Origin: a virus
Taxonomy: Duplodnaviria > Caudoviricetes
Direction: 5' to 3' (one strand)
Length of the DNA stretch: 28,727 nt
IMG/VR virus record: IMGVR_UViG_3300020045_011467
Span: 1 to 28,727 of that record
Under the pieces are notes generated by a model. That model did not search any database. It was not told where the DNA came from and worked only from the letters and a program-made list of their open reading frames with translations. Both the position numbers and the translations under genes were made by a program. Positions within the stretch are counted from its first letter, which is position 1. The number at the start of each line of letters is the position of its first letter. Positions 15,577 through 24,699 of the stretch are shown here, piece after piece.

Positions 15577-16956
15577 TCACCCCAAGTAAAATAGGTTTAG
15601 TTGCTGCCCTGCCACTAAACTACTCTCTACTCCTACGCGCTTTTCAGCTATAAGGAAGTATTCCGGGTTCATCTCAATACCAAGGAAGTTCCGCCCAACG
15701 TTCTTACAGGCTTTTCCTGTAGTGCCGGAGCCCATAAAAGGATCAAGTACCAAGCCTCCCTCTGGGCAAGCCAGCTTGATAAGCCAGGAGACAACGGCCA
15801 GAGGTTTTACGGTAGGGTGGATGTTGGCTCGTTGTACGTTCCTTCCGTCTGGCCATTCGTAGGCATCATCTTCCATGCTCCCGCAAGCCTTTTTTGCCAG
15901 CCCCTCCAACCCTTCCTCTCTTTCTCTCCTACTCGCCTTACTGCAATACATAAAACGCAAGTCATCCTCCGTAGCCTGGAATTGATTGAAAAACCGTGCT
16001 GGGGTGCCTCCTACATCTTCGGGCCAAGTAGTCTCTTGTTCTGGGCTGCCTATACCTTTCTGGCCAAACATACCTTCTTTCCCCCCACGCTTCCCCGTCC
16101 TGCCCGCTTTTGGCTTACTTTCCCCAAACCGCTCAAAGGCTTTTACAGGACAATCATCCGCGCATTCCCAGGCATCAATGGTTTCTAGGCCGTCTTGATC
16201 TGTATAGCCCTGATTGTCTCTTGCTGGCTTATTAAATTTTCCATAGATTTTGTTGTGTACTTTTCCATCCCGATTTTCCTCTACTGCTGTTGCCCCCTTT
16301 ACCTTCTTCACCCCCACTTTCTTACACTCTGGCGGATGTTGGAGGATGAGATTGGCTGGCCAGCGGCTTATAATATCTCTCTTATCATGGGCCTCTTGCC
16401 TTCTCTTTTCACAAGCCTCTCTAGCCTCTTCGTTTTCATTCCACGGCCTACAATATCCATCATGTTTATTTGTTGATAAAGGCGGTCTTTGGGTAGCCCC
16501 CTTTGTTTCTACCCTACACTCATCAATCCCCAACGGTAAAGACCGTGGCCCAGGTTTAGAGCAGAGGATAATTGCTTCGTATGACGGCTTGAGACAACTT
16601 TTTCCTTTCGGAAATCCAGACCCAAATAAATGAAGTAACATATCATTCACGTAAAATCCGGCATCCTCCAAAGCACAAGTCAACCTATGGCTCGTCCGCG
16701 AACCACCAAACGCTAGTAAGTACCCACCGGGCTTTAGTACCCTAAGCACCGCCTTGGCCCAGCGTTTGTGCCATTCCTGCATCCGCTGGCCGTCGTTGTC
16801 CCCCTTTAGGTCTTTGTGCTGGGAGTCAAAATCCTTGCCCATAAACTCCAATAAGTAGGGTGGATCGGTAATCACGGCATCTACCGAATTCGCTGGTAGT
16901 GTAGGCAACACTTCCAAGCAATCCCCTAGTATCAATCTAGGCTCGTTTCCAGGCAT
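15577..16956 (-). CDS. DNA methyltransferase, N6/N4 family (beta order, DPPY: probably m6A)
   Basis: GDCLEVL, TDPPY, RVLKPGG, WPANL, HPTVKP, LDPFMGSGTTG. Confidence 0.94.
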   Translation of the reverse strand: MPGNEPRLILGDCLEVLPTLPANSVDAVITDPPYLLEFMGKDFDSQHKDLKGDNDGQRMQEWHKRWAKAVLRVLKPGGYLLAFGGSRTSHRLTCALEDAGFYVNDMLLHLFGSGFPKGKSCLKPSYEAIILCSKPGPRSLPLGIDECRVETKGATQRPPLSTNKHDGYCRPWNENEEAREACEKRRQEAHDKRDIISRWPANLILQHPPECKKVGVKKVKGATAVEENRDGKVHNKIYGKFNKPARDNQGYTDQDGLETIDAWECADDCPVKAFERFGESKPKAGRTGKRGGKEGMFGQKGIGSPEQETTWPEDVGGTPARFFNQFQATEDDLRFMYCSKASRREREEGLEGLAKKACGSMEDDAYEWPDGRNVQRANIHPTVKPLAVVSWLIKLACPEGGLVLDPFMGSGTTGKACKNVGRNFLGIEMNPEYFLIAEKRVGVESSLVAGQQLNLFYLG

Positions 16957-16964
16957 TGCTCCCC

Positions 16965-17360
16965 CTAAAACGGCGGTAAGTGAGTTACTACCAACCTGCC
17001 CTTGACCAGTTCCATACTCAGGTCCGATTTGCTTTCCCGGAGGTAGCCCTTCGCCTGAGTGAAAGTTACCTTACTCCAGTCCGTGCCTTCCAAGTCTGGC
17101 ACTTCTACGATCCTAGACCACTTGCCAGCCCTCACCGTATCCGCCATGAAATAGGTATTCCTAGCTAACTGCCCACACACCAGTAATAAATCAAAGGGCC
17201 ATAAGGATTGTAGCTTACAGCTAAGCCAGGTTGATAGCTCAAGGTCTTTCTCTCCGCCTAATGAAACAATGGTCAACTGATCTTTGGGTCTAAGCCAACT
17301 ACGGATTATCTTCTCACTAGCCGCGCTTCTCTTACCAAAGATGGCAACCACGTTGGCCAT
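16965..17360 (-). CDS. Hypothetical protein
   Basis: 131 aa, 2 nt from the upstream gene. Confidence 0.7.
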   Translation of the reverse strand: MANVVAIFGKRSAASEKIIRSWLRPKDQLTIVSLGGEKDLELSTWLSCKLQSLWPFDLLLVCGQLARNTYFMADTVRAGKWSRIVEVPDLEGTDWSKVTFTQAKGYLRESKSDLSMELVKGRLVVTHLPPF

Positions 17361-17362
17361 AC

Positions 17363-17941
17363 CTACTTTACCTGGAATTCTTCACCGCAGCCGCATAACG
17401 GAATTCCAGCCTTGGCTAACCAAGCCAAGCTCATTCGCACCTTACAACCGCAAGGGCAAACCAAAGAGGTATCCTTGGTTGCTATTGCTATCTTAGGCGT
17501 AGGAGTTAGGGCCTTATGCGGATAGTCCCCTATGCCACCAATCAGCTTGGTTAGGGTATTGCTAAGGGCTACTCCTGGCATGGCCGTAGTTGGTTTGCCT
17601 TTTGTTAGGCCAACGTATTTACAAACGCCGATAAATTTACCCTTATGTCCAGCTGCTAGACCAGCGGCGATATGGGCCAATTCGTGGCAAACGGTCCCAG
17701 CTACTTCCAAAGAGTCAGCTAGTAGTGGGCTGATGAAAATCTCATGGATTTTGCCGGCACTTATCAGGTTGCTATGGCACTCCCCTACCACCCTTTTCCG
17801 TGTTGCCAAGGCGTTCTTGCAGGGCCAACCACAGGTAAGGCGATAGGGGGCCAAAGAGTAAGCCTTAAAAATTGGCTCCATACCCTTGGCTACTTCCATC
17901 AGCCACGCTTCACGGTACAAATCACTTGCTTGCCCGGTCAT
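17363..17941 (-). CDS. SprT-like zinc metalloprotease with C-terminal zinc ribbon
   Basis: HELAH (HExxH) followed by GHKGKF; CPCG...CGCG; GGGGAG RBS before ATG 17941. Confidence 0.8.
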   Translation of the reverse strand: MTGQASDLYREAWLMEVAKGMEPIFKAYSLAPYRLTCGWPCKNALATRKRVVGECHSNLISAGKIHEIFISPLLADSLEVAGTVCHELAHIAAGLAAGHKGKFIGVCKYVGLTKGKPTTAMPGVALSNTLTKLIGGIGDYPHKALTPTPKIAIATKDTSLVCPCGCKVRMSLAWLAKAGIPLCGCGEEFQVK

Positions 17942-17954
17942 AGTCTCCCCCTCA

Positions 17955-18194
17955 TTAACCACAACCACCTATCGCCTTCTTATAGCCTTCTATCATTTGC
18001 TGAGCACAGTTGATTGCCTCCAAAATCTGGCTATCATTTGGCCTATTCTTTCCTAGCCGAATCCGCTCTTGACACCATGCCATTATAGCGGCAGAGGAGG
18101 CTATATCACGTCCCAAAAGGACAAAGATAAGCTCATCCTCTTTTGCTTTGTTCCAACAACTATTAGGACTTGCACACTCTAAAGCCTTAATCAT
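17955..18194 (-). CDS. Hypothetical phage protein
   Basis: G-rich RBS before ATG 18194; KA..DE.IFVLLGRD block. Confidence 0.7.
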   Translation of the reverse strand: MIKALECASPNSCWNKAKEDELIFVLLGRDIASSAAIMAWCQERIRLGKNRPNDSQILEAINCAQQMIEGYKKAIGGCG

Positions 18195-18202
18195 AGTTCC
18201 CC

Positions 18203-20437
18203 CTATCGACATACCTCTTCATACAATTGCTGCATAGGTTCCGTTAGCCGCCAAGCTGGTTTCCCCTTGTAGTGGCTGCCCTCTACAGGGCGCTTAAAGT
18301 GGTGGACGGCTCCTAGCTTCCTGAGAAAATGGAGAAAGCGTCTTTCCCCGTCTGGGTTACACATGGTCTGATGGGCTAGTTCGTCCGTGGTAACACCCAT
18401 AATCATACCACCCTTGTATAGTACCTGGATGATAGATAAGGTCCGTCCGCGTGCCGTATCCATAGCCGCTTTGTGTACCCGCTGCATTACGTCGGTATCT
18501 ACCTCGGTTTTTTGCAGGACCACTGCCAGGCACTTGGCCAGCCTGACCAGCTGGGCAATAAGCCGATAGCTCAATTCCCTCTCCACTTTTTCTTCCTGTT
18601 TGCTGCTCGGCCTGGCTCTTGTGTAGGCAATGAACTTAGCCAACCGTTGGCACTTCCGCAAGGCTTGTTCGCTGGCATAAACCTTCTCCAAGAGCTTCTG
18701 ACTATGCTGCCGGAGATAGGTTAGGTAGCCCCCGGTTAAGCGTTTGGCTTGCACCATCTCCGGGGGTTCCATCGAATCCATCGTACCATTGGCTTCATAG
18801 GCCATCTCTCTATCCGCGCGGTTCGCTATCTTCCAGCCTACGCTATCCTCTAGCTCTTCATCCAGGTCTTCGACAATCTGGACACGGATAAACCGCTCGC
18901 CTAGTTCGCTGCTGTCCAGTTGCCGTAGGGAAGAAGTACCGCACAGGATGATCGTGGTATTGATCCCCTCATGGTCCTTACTCATTTTGTTGCCGTAGGA
19001 GGTACGCAAGTTGCGACCGTAGAAAGCTCGCATTTGGCTCAAAACTTTATCCCGATTGGTCAGCTGCAATAAGGTATCCCCATCGTTAATAATCAAGGTC
19101 TTATCCTTTAGCCGATCAACCAAGCTCATATTCTCACTACCCTCGGCATCTACCTGATAGCCAGAGGTCAACCCTGAGAAGGTATCTTTGGGGAAAGTGT
19201 ACTCCCGTGCCGTACCCAAGGCTTCCGAAAGGGTGGTCTTACCCGAGCTAGGAGGCCCTATCACTTGCAACCAAAGTTGGTCCTGCCCAGCTGCCCTAGT
19301 GCTAGTACAGCAAGCCAGCATACAGGTTAGACAGTAGTCGAGGTCATCCGTCCAAGTCATCGCTTTACGCCAGGCCAAGCGTAGGGTTGCCAGGTCGTTA
19401 CACTCCAGGGGGCCTAGTGCGGTAGCCTTGCTGGTGTGGCTATCTACTGTCCATTCCTTGGGGGCTTCCTCGATCTTATCAAGCAATTCCTGAAGGAAAG
19501 GAATCCGCCCGGCCAGGTCTTTGCCCTGGGTAAGTAGGTCGCGCATATCATACCCGTGGGGCTTATCGGGGTCGAAACCATCCTCCCCCCATTTCAGGTA
19601 GCTAATGCTCTCTGGTGGTTTATGGCACCCCATCAATACGCCTACCGCCCTTTTTAGGCCCGTATAGGCCGCTGGCGGGGTTATCTTATCACTATTGGGG
19701 TTCTGTCTGGGGTGGTCGTTATCGTAGCACAGCACCACCCGCTTTCCTGAGAAATAGCCAACCCAGGCATCTTGGAAGGTCATGCAACCAGGTACGGCTA
19801 ACACATTGGTTTTGCTTAGTAGGCTGTTGTTGGGGTTGCTGGTTGCCCGAAGTGTACCATCCTCTTGTTCTTTGCTAACCAGCAAAGCCTCTGCCAATAC
19901 CATACCATCCCAAGGCCCTTCTGCCAGATAGACCTCGGGCTTCTTCGGGTCGTATTGGGCTACCCCAAATAACCCGTGATGGAGTTCCGGGGTTGCTAAC
20001 AGTACGCGCTTTCCTGTTAAGCTCTTGGTATAGCGGTAGAGGTTACAGATTTCCCCCTTAGCATCGTATCCGGGCAGCAACCATTCCCCTGTAATAGGGC
20101 TAAGGACAGCCCCCCAGAGCGATAAGGTATCGGGGTGGGCTAGTTTGCGGTTGGCAGACAATTCCTTTTCTTCAGGGCTACCAGAGGGGTATTGAGCCAT
20201 CTCCCAGAGCTTGCGGACAAAGGATAGGTGGTTGACCCCGCCTCCCTTGGCCTCTGGGTTAACCTCACAGGTCCAACAACGGGCCGTGCCCTTTTCTATG
20301 GATACGGCAAACTTGCCTTCCTTCCCACAAAATGGACAATCTCCGATGGCATCACTATCTCCTTCTTTCCAGGACAATTCTAGCCCGTGGAAAAGATAAG
20401 GCTTCAGGGTCTTGGGTTGCTCTTTGAGACTCGGCAT
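18203..20437 (-). CDS. DNA primase-helicase (Zn finger + TOPRIM + P-loop ATPase)
   Basis: CPFC...CWTC, TOPRIM EGPWD and YDND, Walker A GPPSSGKT, Walker B-like IINDGD; GGAGG RBS before ATG 20437. Confidence 0.85.
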   Translation of the reverse strand: MPSLKEQPKTLKPYLFHGLELSWKEGDSDAIGDCPFCGKEGKFAVSIEKGTARCWTCEVNPEAKGGGVNHLSFVRKLWEMAQYPSGSPEEKELSANRKLAHPDTLSLWGAVLSPITGEWLLPGYDAKGEICNLYRYTKSLTGKRVLLATPELHHGLFGVAQYDPKKPEVYLAEGPWDGMVLAEALLVSKEQEDGTLRATSNPNNSLLSKTNVLAVPGCMTFQDAWVGYFSGKRVVLCYDNDHPRQNPNSDKITPPAAYTGLKRAVGVLMGCHKPPESISYLKWGEDGFDPDKPHGYDMRDLLTQGKDLAGRIPFLQELLDKIEEAPKEWTVDSHTSKATALGPLECNDLATLRLAWRKAMTWTDDLDYCLTCMLACCTSTRAAGQDQLWLQVIGPPSSGKTTLSEALGTAREYTFPKDTFSGLTSGYQVDAEGSENMSLVDRLKDKTLIINDGDTLLQLTNRDKVLSQMRAFYGRNLRTSYGNKMSKDHEGINTTIILCGTSSLRQLDSSELGERFIRVQIVEDLDEELEDSVGWKIANRADREMAYEANGTMDSMEPPEMVQAKRLTGGYLTYLRQHSQKLLEKVYASEQALRKCQRLAKFIAYTRARPSSKQEEKVERELSYRLIAQLVRLAKCLAVVLQKTEVDTDVMQRVHKAAMDTARGRTLSIIQVLYKGGMIMGVTTDELAHQTMCNPDGERRFLHFLRKLGAVHHFKRPVEGSHYKGKPAWRLTEPMQQLYEEVCR

Positions 20438-20458
20438 CTTGACCTCCAAGGAAAGCTA

Positions 20459-20479
20459 CTATTATACACTACGTGGCAA
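20459..20479 (-). promoter_or_regulatory. 21-bp promoter-like motif, copy 2 (TTGCCACGTAGTGTATAATAG)
   Basis: Overlaps the thyX stop, upstream of the primase RBS; a TTGCCG also lies 18 nt upstream of the TATAAT. Confidence 0.55.
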
Positions 20480-21172
20480 CCCCTCGGCAAACAGGCCCCA
20501 GGTGCGGGGGAACAAATCGTGTAGCATTTTTCCCAGGGCCTCGGCGTAGAGTCTGATTTCTAGTTGAGCGTTAGGAGCCATACGCAAGGTCAAAAAGAGC
20601 AACCAGTTTCTCAAATTTGCCGTAGCCCTCATTCTGGAATACCTGCCAACCGGCAAGCAAAGCCTGGCAAGCTCTTTTGGTACTCCCTCACGCAACCCAT
20701 CTTGATAGTGTTCTTCCAATCTGTGATAAAGATAATCTAGATGGTCAAGCCAAGTCTCCGCGCCTAGCTCACCTATTGACAGGTTTCCCGCCGCTTGTTT
20801 GTTCTTTGTTTCTTTGGCCCCCTCTACCACTCTTTGAATAGTGGGGAGGTAATTCAGATTAGGTAAAGGCGCGTATCGAGCAGACATTTCTGAAAAACTT
20901 TGGGTGCGATGTCTATGCCATTCCCTGAAGCAGAAAATGGGTGCCTGCACTTCCACCACTAAGCCACAGAATTCAAAGACCGATTCGTGTTTTTGCTTCC
21001 ATAGGTAAGACAGTAGTCCCATATCCCCCTTGGGGTGGTCTGCATATGGTTCCCAGCTCACAAAGTTCTTCCCTGTTGATTGCCGAGCGGCCTCGATGAT
21101 CCGCTCATCGCTTCCCCAATGTTCAATATATTTCAGGTAGCCATGATCTAAGATTGGGTATTCGACTTGCAT
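20462..21172 (-). CDS. thyX: FAD-dependent thymidylate synthase
   Basis: Signature RHRTQSFSEMSARY (RHRx7S), HESVFE, GVPKELAR..LP, NLRNW..FL.LR, AQLEIR. Confidence 0.97.
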   Translation of the reverse strand: MQVEYPILDHGYLKYIEHWGSDERIIEAARQSTGKNFVSWEPYADHPKGDMGLLSYLWKQKHESVFEFCGLVVEVQAPIFCFREWHRHRTQSFSEMSARYAPLPNLNYLPTIQRVVEGAKETKNKQAAGNLSIGELGAETWLDHLDYLYHRLEEHYQDGLREGVPKELARLCLPVGRYSRMRATANLRNWLLFLTLRMAPNAQLEIRLYAEALGKMLHDLFPRTWGLFAEGLPRSV

Positions 21173-21420
21173 TTTTTGGCCTCCTGTACCTGGGAAAATT
21201 CAATTAGATAATCCAAATACCAACGTGCTTTCAATAGGTCCGTTTGTGCAGCTGCTTTCTTGCCGGCCCTGGCTAGATATTTCAGGCAATTTCCCTTCAA
21301 GAAACCCGTGAATTCCTCTGGGGTTAGCCACGCCTCCAGGCACTTGATAACCTCATGGGGGTTATGCTTCCCCCCGTAATGTTTCGGGTGGTCCACCTCT
21401 GGCCGGTCTTTATCGTCCAT
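21148..21420 (-). CDS. DUF3310 protein (T7 gp1.7 nucleotide-kinase-like)
   Basis: VDHPKHY, GFLKGNCLKYLARAGKK, DLLKARWYL. Confidence 0.9.
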   Translation of the reverse strand: MDDKDRPEVDHPKHYGGKHNPHEVIKCLEAWLTPEEFTGFLKGNCLKYLARAGKKAAAQTDLLKARWYLDYLIEFSQVQEAKKCKSNTQS

Positions 21421-21481
21421 GCGCGTATCCTCCTATCTGGTAAGCAGTTGGAACTATTTTGCCTTCTCCGCGCTTTTGGCC

Positions 21482-21510
21482 TTGCCAACCGTTTCGCTAT
21501 CCCCTATAGT
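21482..21510 (+). promoter_or_regulatory. Sigma70-type promoter of the antisense gene
   Basis: TTGCCA (21482-21487), 17-nt spacer, TATAGT (21505-21510). Confidence 0.7.
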
Positions 21511-21560
21511 AGTCTATAGGTCAAGCCACTTCGGCCTGACAAAACACAAAGGAGCTTCCA

Positions 21561-22169
21561 ATGTCTCAGATCAATTCTTCGCAAGCCCTCATCCTCAAGG
21601 TACTGGCCAAGGCCCCCGGTGGGCTATCCTACGAGGAAATCAAAGCCAAGGTGGGCGAGGGTGTAGCTGTCAATTCGGGGACTATCGGGCCGGTTCACCT
21701 ATCGGTCTTGAGTAACTACCCCGATTCCCTCCACGCCTTGGGGTTAGTTAAGGTCGATAAAGGAGAGGGGGAGTGTACAAAGTTCTTCGCAACCATCAAA
21801 GGTGTTAAGCTGGCAACTAAGGTCTCCGCTAGGCACTCCTGCCGAAATGGTAGTAGGATTCCTCCGGATAAGTTGGATAAAGCCGTACTTCAGGTTCGCC
21901 CCACCAAAACTTATGGCCTGGAGTTATTCACGGACTCCGATATTAACGAGGTCAAGGCCCTATTGGGAGAGGAATGGAAGCATATTAAAGCCGATGAGGT
22001 TCGCATTCAAATTTGCAATCGCCGAAAGCAAGGCGCCTACGCCAACCCTGAAGATAAAGCCAAGAAAGCTGCCCAAGCGGCTTTACGGGCTTTTGGTCCT
22101 GAAGGTAAGATCAAGGCTAAGCTGCTCTCCCCGGAATCTGTTAAGGCACTGGAAAAGCTCGCTAATTAG
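21561..22169 (+). CDS. Basic protein with probable N-terminal winged helix; moron-like
   Basis: AAAGGAG RBS; Q.LILKVL....GLSYEEIK...L..LGLV...F.AT.KG pattern; own promoter and terminator. Confidence 0.75.
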   Translation: MSQINSSQALILKVLAKAPGGLSYEEIKAKVGEGVAVNSGTIGPVHLSVLSNYPDSLHALGLVKVDKGEGECTKFFATIKGVKLATKVSARHSCRNGSRIPPDKLDKAVLQVRPTKTYGLELFTDSDINEVKALLGEEWKHIKADEVRIQICNRRKQGAYANPEDKAKKAAQAALRAFGPEGKIKAKLLSPESVKALEKLAN

Positions 22170-22178
22170 ACCAGACAG

Positions 22179-22221
22179 AGGGGGTGCCTATCTTGGTTTA
22201 ATAGGCACCCCTTTTCTCTTT
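22179..22221 (+). terminator. Rho-independent terminator
   Basis: GGGGTGCCTAT-9 nt-ATAGGCACCCC perfect 11-bp stem followed by TTTTCTCTTT, between convergent genes. Confidence 0.88.
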
Positions 22222-22548
22222 CTAACGGTCATCCCCCGAGCCTTGCAAGACGCCACGGTCTTTCCTGGATTGCAGCTTGTCTAAGTTGGCTTGGAAAACG
22301 GTCTCCAGGTCGAACCCCAGGTCAGCAGCAAGGTTTGCTAAATACCACCCCACATCCCCAAGCTCTTTAAGTAGTGCGGCCCGCCTCTCTGTCGTAAAGA
22401 TGCCTCCGTCATCTCTAATAGCCTTCTTTATAAGCTCTGCTACCTCTCCGGCCTCTCCAAAAAGTCCAAAGGCTGGATAGGTAATTGCATGTGTTCTTGG
22501 GTAGATAGCTGTACTAATCGCGCGTTTCTGGTATTCATTCGCTTCCAT
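22222..22548 (-). CDS. mazG: MazG-like nucleoside triphosphate pyrophosphohydrolase
   Basis: EYQ, GL.GEAGEVAE.IKK, ELGDV.WY, N..KL..R..RG...GSGD.R. Confidence 0.93.
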   Translation of the reverse strand: MEANEYQKRAISTAIYPRTHAITYPAFGLFGEAGEVAELIKKAIRDDGGIFTTERRAALLKELGDVGWYLANLAADLGFDLETVFQANLDKLQSRKDRGVLQGSGDDR

Positions 22549-22562
22549 CAGTTTCTCCTATG

Positions 22563-24686
22563 TTAGCTAACCTTCTCTCCCTCTGCCCAATTCAATGGGT
22601 TATGTTCCATGCTCACCCTGAGAGGTACGCCAATATCGTCTCCACTCTGGGCCATCAGTTTGGCTACCTTCCGGATAATCGGTAGGTTCCCACGGTTAGC
22701 CATGCTAGGACAGTCTAGCACTAGCTCATCATGAACCTGTAGACAAATCCGATAGCTGGTCTTACGCTCCTTGCTCACCTGGCTTAGGTACTCGGCAACC
22801 CGTACCATAGCTCTAGCGGTACACCACATTGCCGTGCTTTGGACATAGTAGCTCAATGGTATGGTAGGAGCTACTCCGGCTCCCCATTTGCTATTGATGC
22901 AAAGTATGGGATAGCCCTTTGTCGGGTCTACACTTTTATCCGGCATAGATTCCACATACCCGAGCCTCTTTGCCTGGCTAATACAACGCTGATTTAGGGC
23001 CTCTAGCAAGGCAAACTTTTGTTTCAGGATATGGTGGGCTCCCGGCCGATGGAAGGCCGCGTCCGCTGTTTTTGGCCCAGCTTGGTACTGGACAGCGAAG
23101 TTGCCGTTCTTAGTCCACTGGTAGTAAGTGTCCTTGAATTTCTTTTTGAAGAGCCTGCCATCTAACCCGCCATCTACCTTACAGGTCTGCTCAAATAATT
23201 CCGTGTACAATGTATGCGCGGTAAGTAGATGTTCGCTGCCGAAATAGGGTGGTTCGTCTGGTGCCTCAAACAATTCGATAGCGGCCTTTTCCCCAGAGGC
23301 ATAGGCAGGAATCCGCCTTTCGATGTTTTCATAATCCAAAGACCACCATTCCCTACCCGGTCTAGGACCCAGGAAATAGCGTAGGCTCCGCATACTCTTA
23401 CCTGTACCCTTGCACTTCTCGCAACCTTCTCCATCACAGGCCAGGCACTCCACTTGTTTCTTGCTGAAATTCTGGCTATTCGGGTTGGCACTGGTGAAGC
23501 GTAAAGTATCGGTACCAGTTTGGTTTAGGCTCGGGTGCAAGAGGAACCAATCAGCTATCTTGGGTATGGGGCACCAGAAACGTTTGTAGGAATCCAAGTA
23601 GCTTAGAGCCGTATCCCGTGAACGCTTCTCCGCTAGGGCCGCTACAAACTGATAGGCGTCCCCTTCCCTGGGTAAGGTAACTAAGTAATGGGGCAAGGCT
23701 ATCTTGCTATCCAGGCTGGGGGCCTCTGTTTTGGCTTTCGGATTGTAGACTGGTGGTAGCTTCAATATCTGGCTACAAAAGGTTCGCAAGCTGCCATTCG
23801 GTGTAGCCCCCTTGGGCACCTCCAAGTTGAACCGTCGTTGCCTGGCAATGGTCTTCATTGCTTCGCATTGTTTGTCCGAGAGCGTGCGGTACTCAGTTTC
23901 CAGTTCCTCAGCTCTTACCCCACTGGCTGTCACCCCTAGCCTCTCCATATCGTGTAGGATCGGTACTAGCCGCATACGTTCCTGATAGATAGCCCATAGT
24001 CCGCGCCTCTTAAGCTCTTGCTCCAGGGCTAACCATAATTGCAAGGTGATAACACTGTCCGCATTGGCGTAGTGCCTTAGTACCGAATGCCACGGGTGAT
24101 CCTCTGGGTAGTTAAGCTCTTGGGCTAAGGCTTTAGGGAGCCAGCTGTCATATTTCCAACCGGCCTCCTTCTCTTCTTTCTTGGTTTTTTGGCTTTTGGG
24201 ACAACTAGGCATCTCAGGTAAACCGTGGGCAGCAATCCGCCATTCCTTAAACCGGCTCCGGCATAGCCTACGCGCTTCCTTACAGGCTACCTCCAAGGCT
24301 TTCTCATATGGCTCGATATTGATGCCAAGGTACTCGATAGCTAAGCTGGTTAGGTCGTGGGGCTGGTTGCTGGCCAGCAAGTGGGAGGCAATGAGCGTAT
24401 CTTCCGTGATATACCAGTAAGGTTGCCAATCGATTATTCCACCCTGCAAGAGGGCTTGGGTGTCAAATTTGATATTCTGACCTACCAGTCTATCTTGCTG
24501 GGCTAATAGTTGGCATATCTCTGCAATGTCTGCCTCTGGTATATCTACTTCGCGCGTTAGTGGGTTTACCGGCCACTCCCAAAACATAGGTTCATCCGGT
24601 TTATCACTATGACAGGTCGTTACGAAAAATGGTTTGGCTCCGTGATAAAGGTCTTTACCGGTTGTTTCCGTGTCTAAGGATAGCAT
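22563..24686 (-). CDS. polA: Family A DNA polymerase with 3'-5' exonuclease
   Basis: ExoI LDTETTG, ExoII NIKFD, ExoIII YANAD, T.T.R.TS.NPN.QN, motif A DYENIE, motif B K..NF...Y, motif C QVHDEL; GAGGGG RBS favours ATG 24686 over the track start. Confidence 0.95.
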   Translation of the reverse strand: MLSLDTETTGKDLYHGAKPFFVTTCHSDKPDEPMFWEWPVNPLTREVDIPEADIAEICQLLAQQDRLVGQNIKFDTQALLQGGIIDWQPYWYITEDTLIASHLLASNQPHDLTSLAIEYLGINIEPYEKALEVACKEARRLCRSRFKEWRIAAHGLPEMPSCPKSQKTKKEEKEAGWKYDSWLPKALAQELNYPEDHPWHSVLRHYANADSVITLQLWLALEQELKRRGLWAIYQERMRLVPILHDMERLGVTASGVRAEELETEYRTLSDKQCEAMKTIARQRRFNLEVPKGATPNGSLRTFCSQILKLPPVYNPKAKTEAPSLDSKIALPHYLVTLPREGDAYQFVAALAEKRSRDTALSYLDSYKRFWCPIPKIADWFLLHPSLNQTGTDTLRFTSANPNSQNFSKKQVECLACDGEGCEKCKGTGKSMRSLRYFLGPRPGREWWSLDYENIERRIPAYASGEKAAIELFEAPDEPPYFGSEHLLTAHTLYTELFEQTCKVDGGLDGRLFKKKFKDTYYQWTKNGNFAVQYQAGPKTADAAFHRPGAHHILKQKFALLEALNQRCISQAKRLGYVESMPDKSVDPTKGYPILCINSKWGAGVAPTIPLSYYVQSTAMWCTARAMVRVAEYLSQVSKERKTSYRICLQVHDELVLDCPSMANRGNLPIIRKVAKLMAQSGDDIGVPLRVSMEHNPLNWAEGEKVS

Positions 24687-24699
24687 TACATCCCCTCTA

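Noticed and set aside
22222-24686. Z-genome (2-aminoadenine) system
   Set aside because: MazG and PolA are present, but no PurZ or HD-phosphohydrolase (DatZ) gene is in the window.
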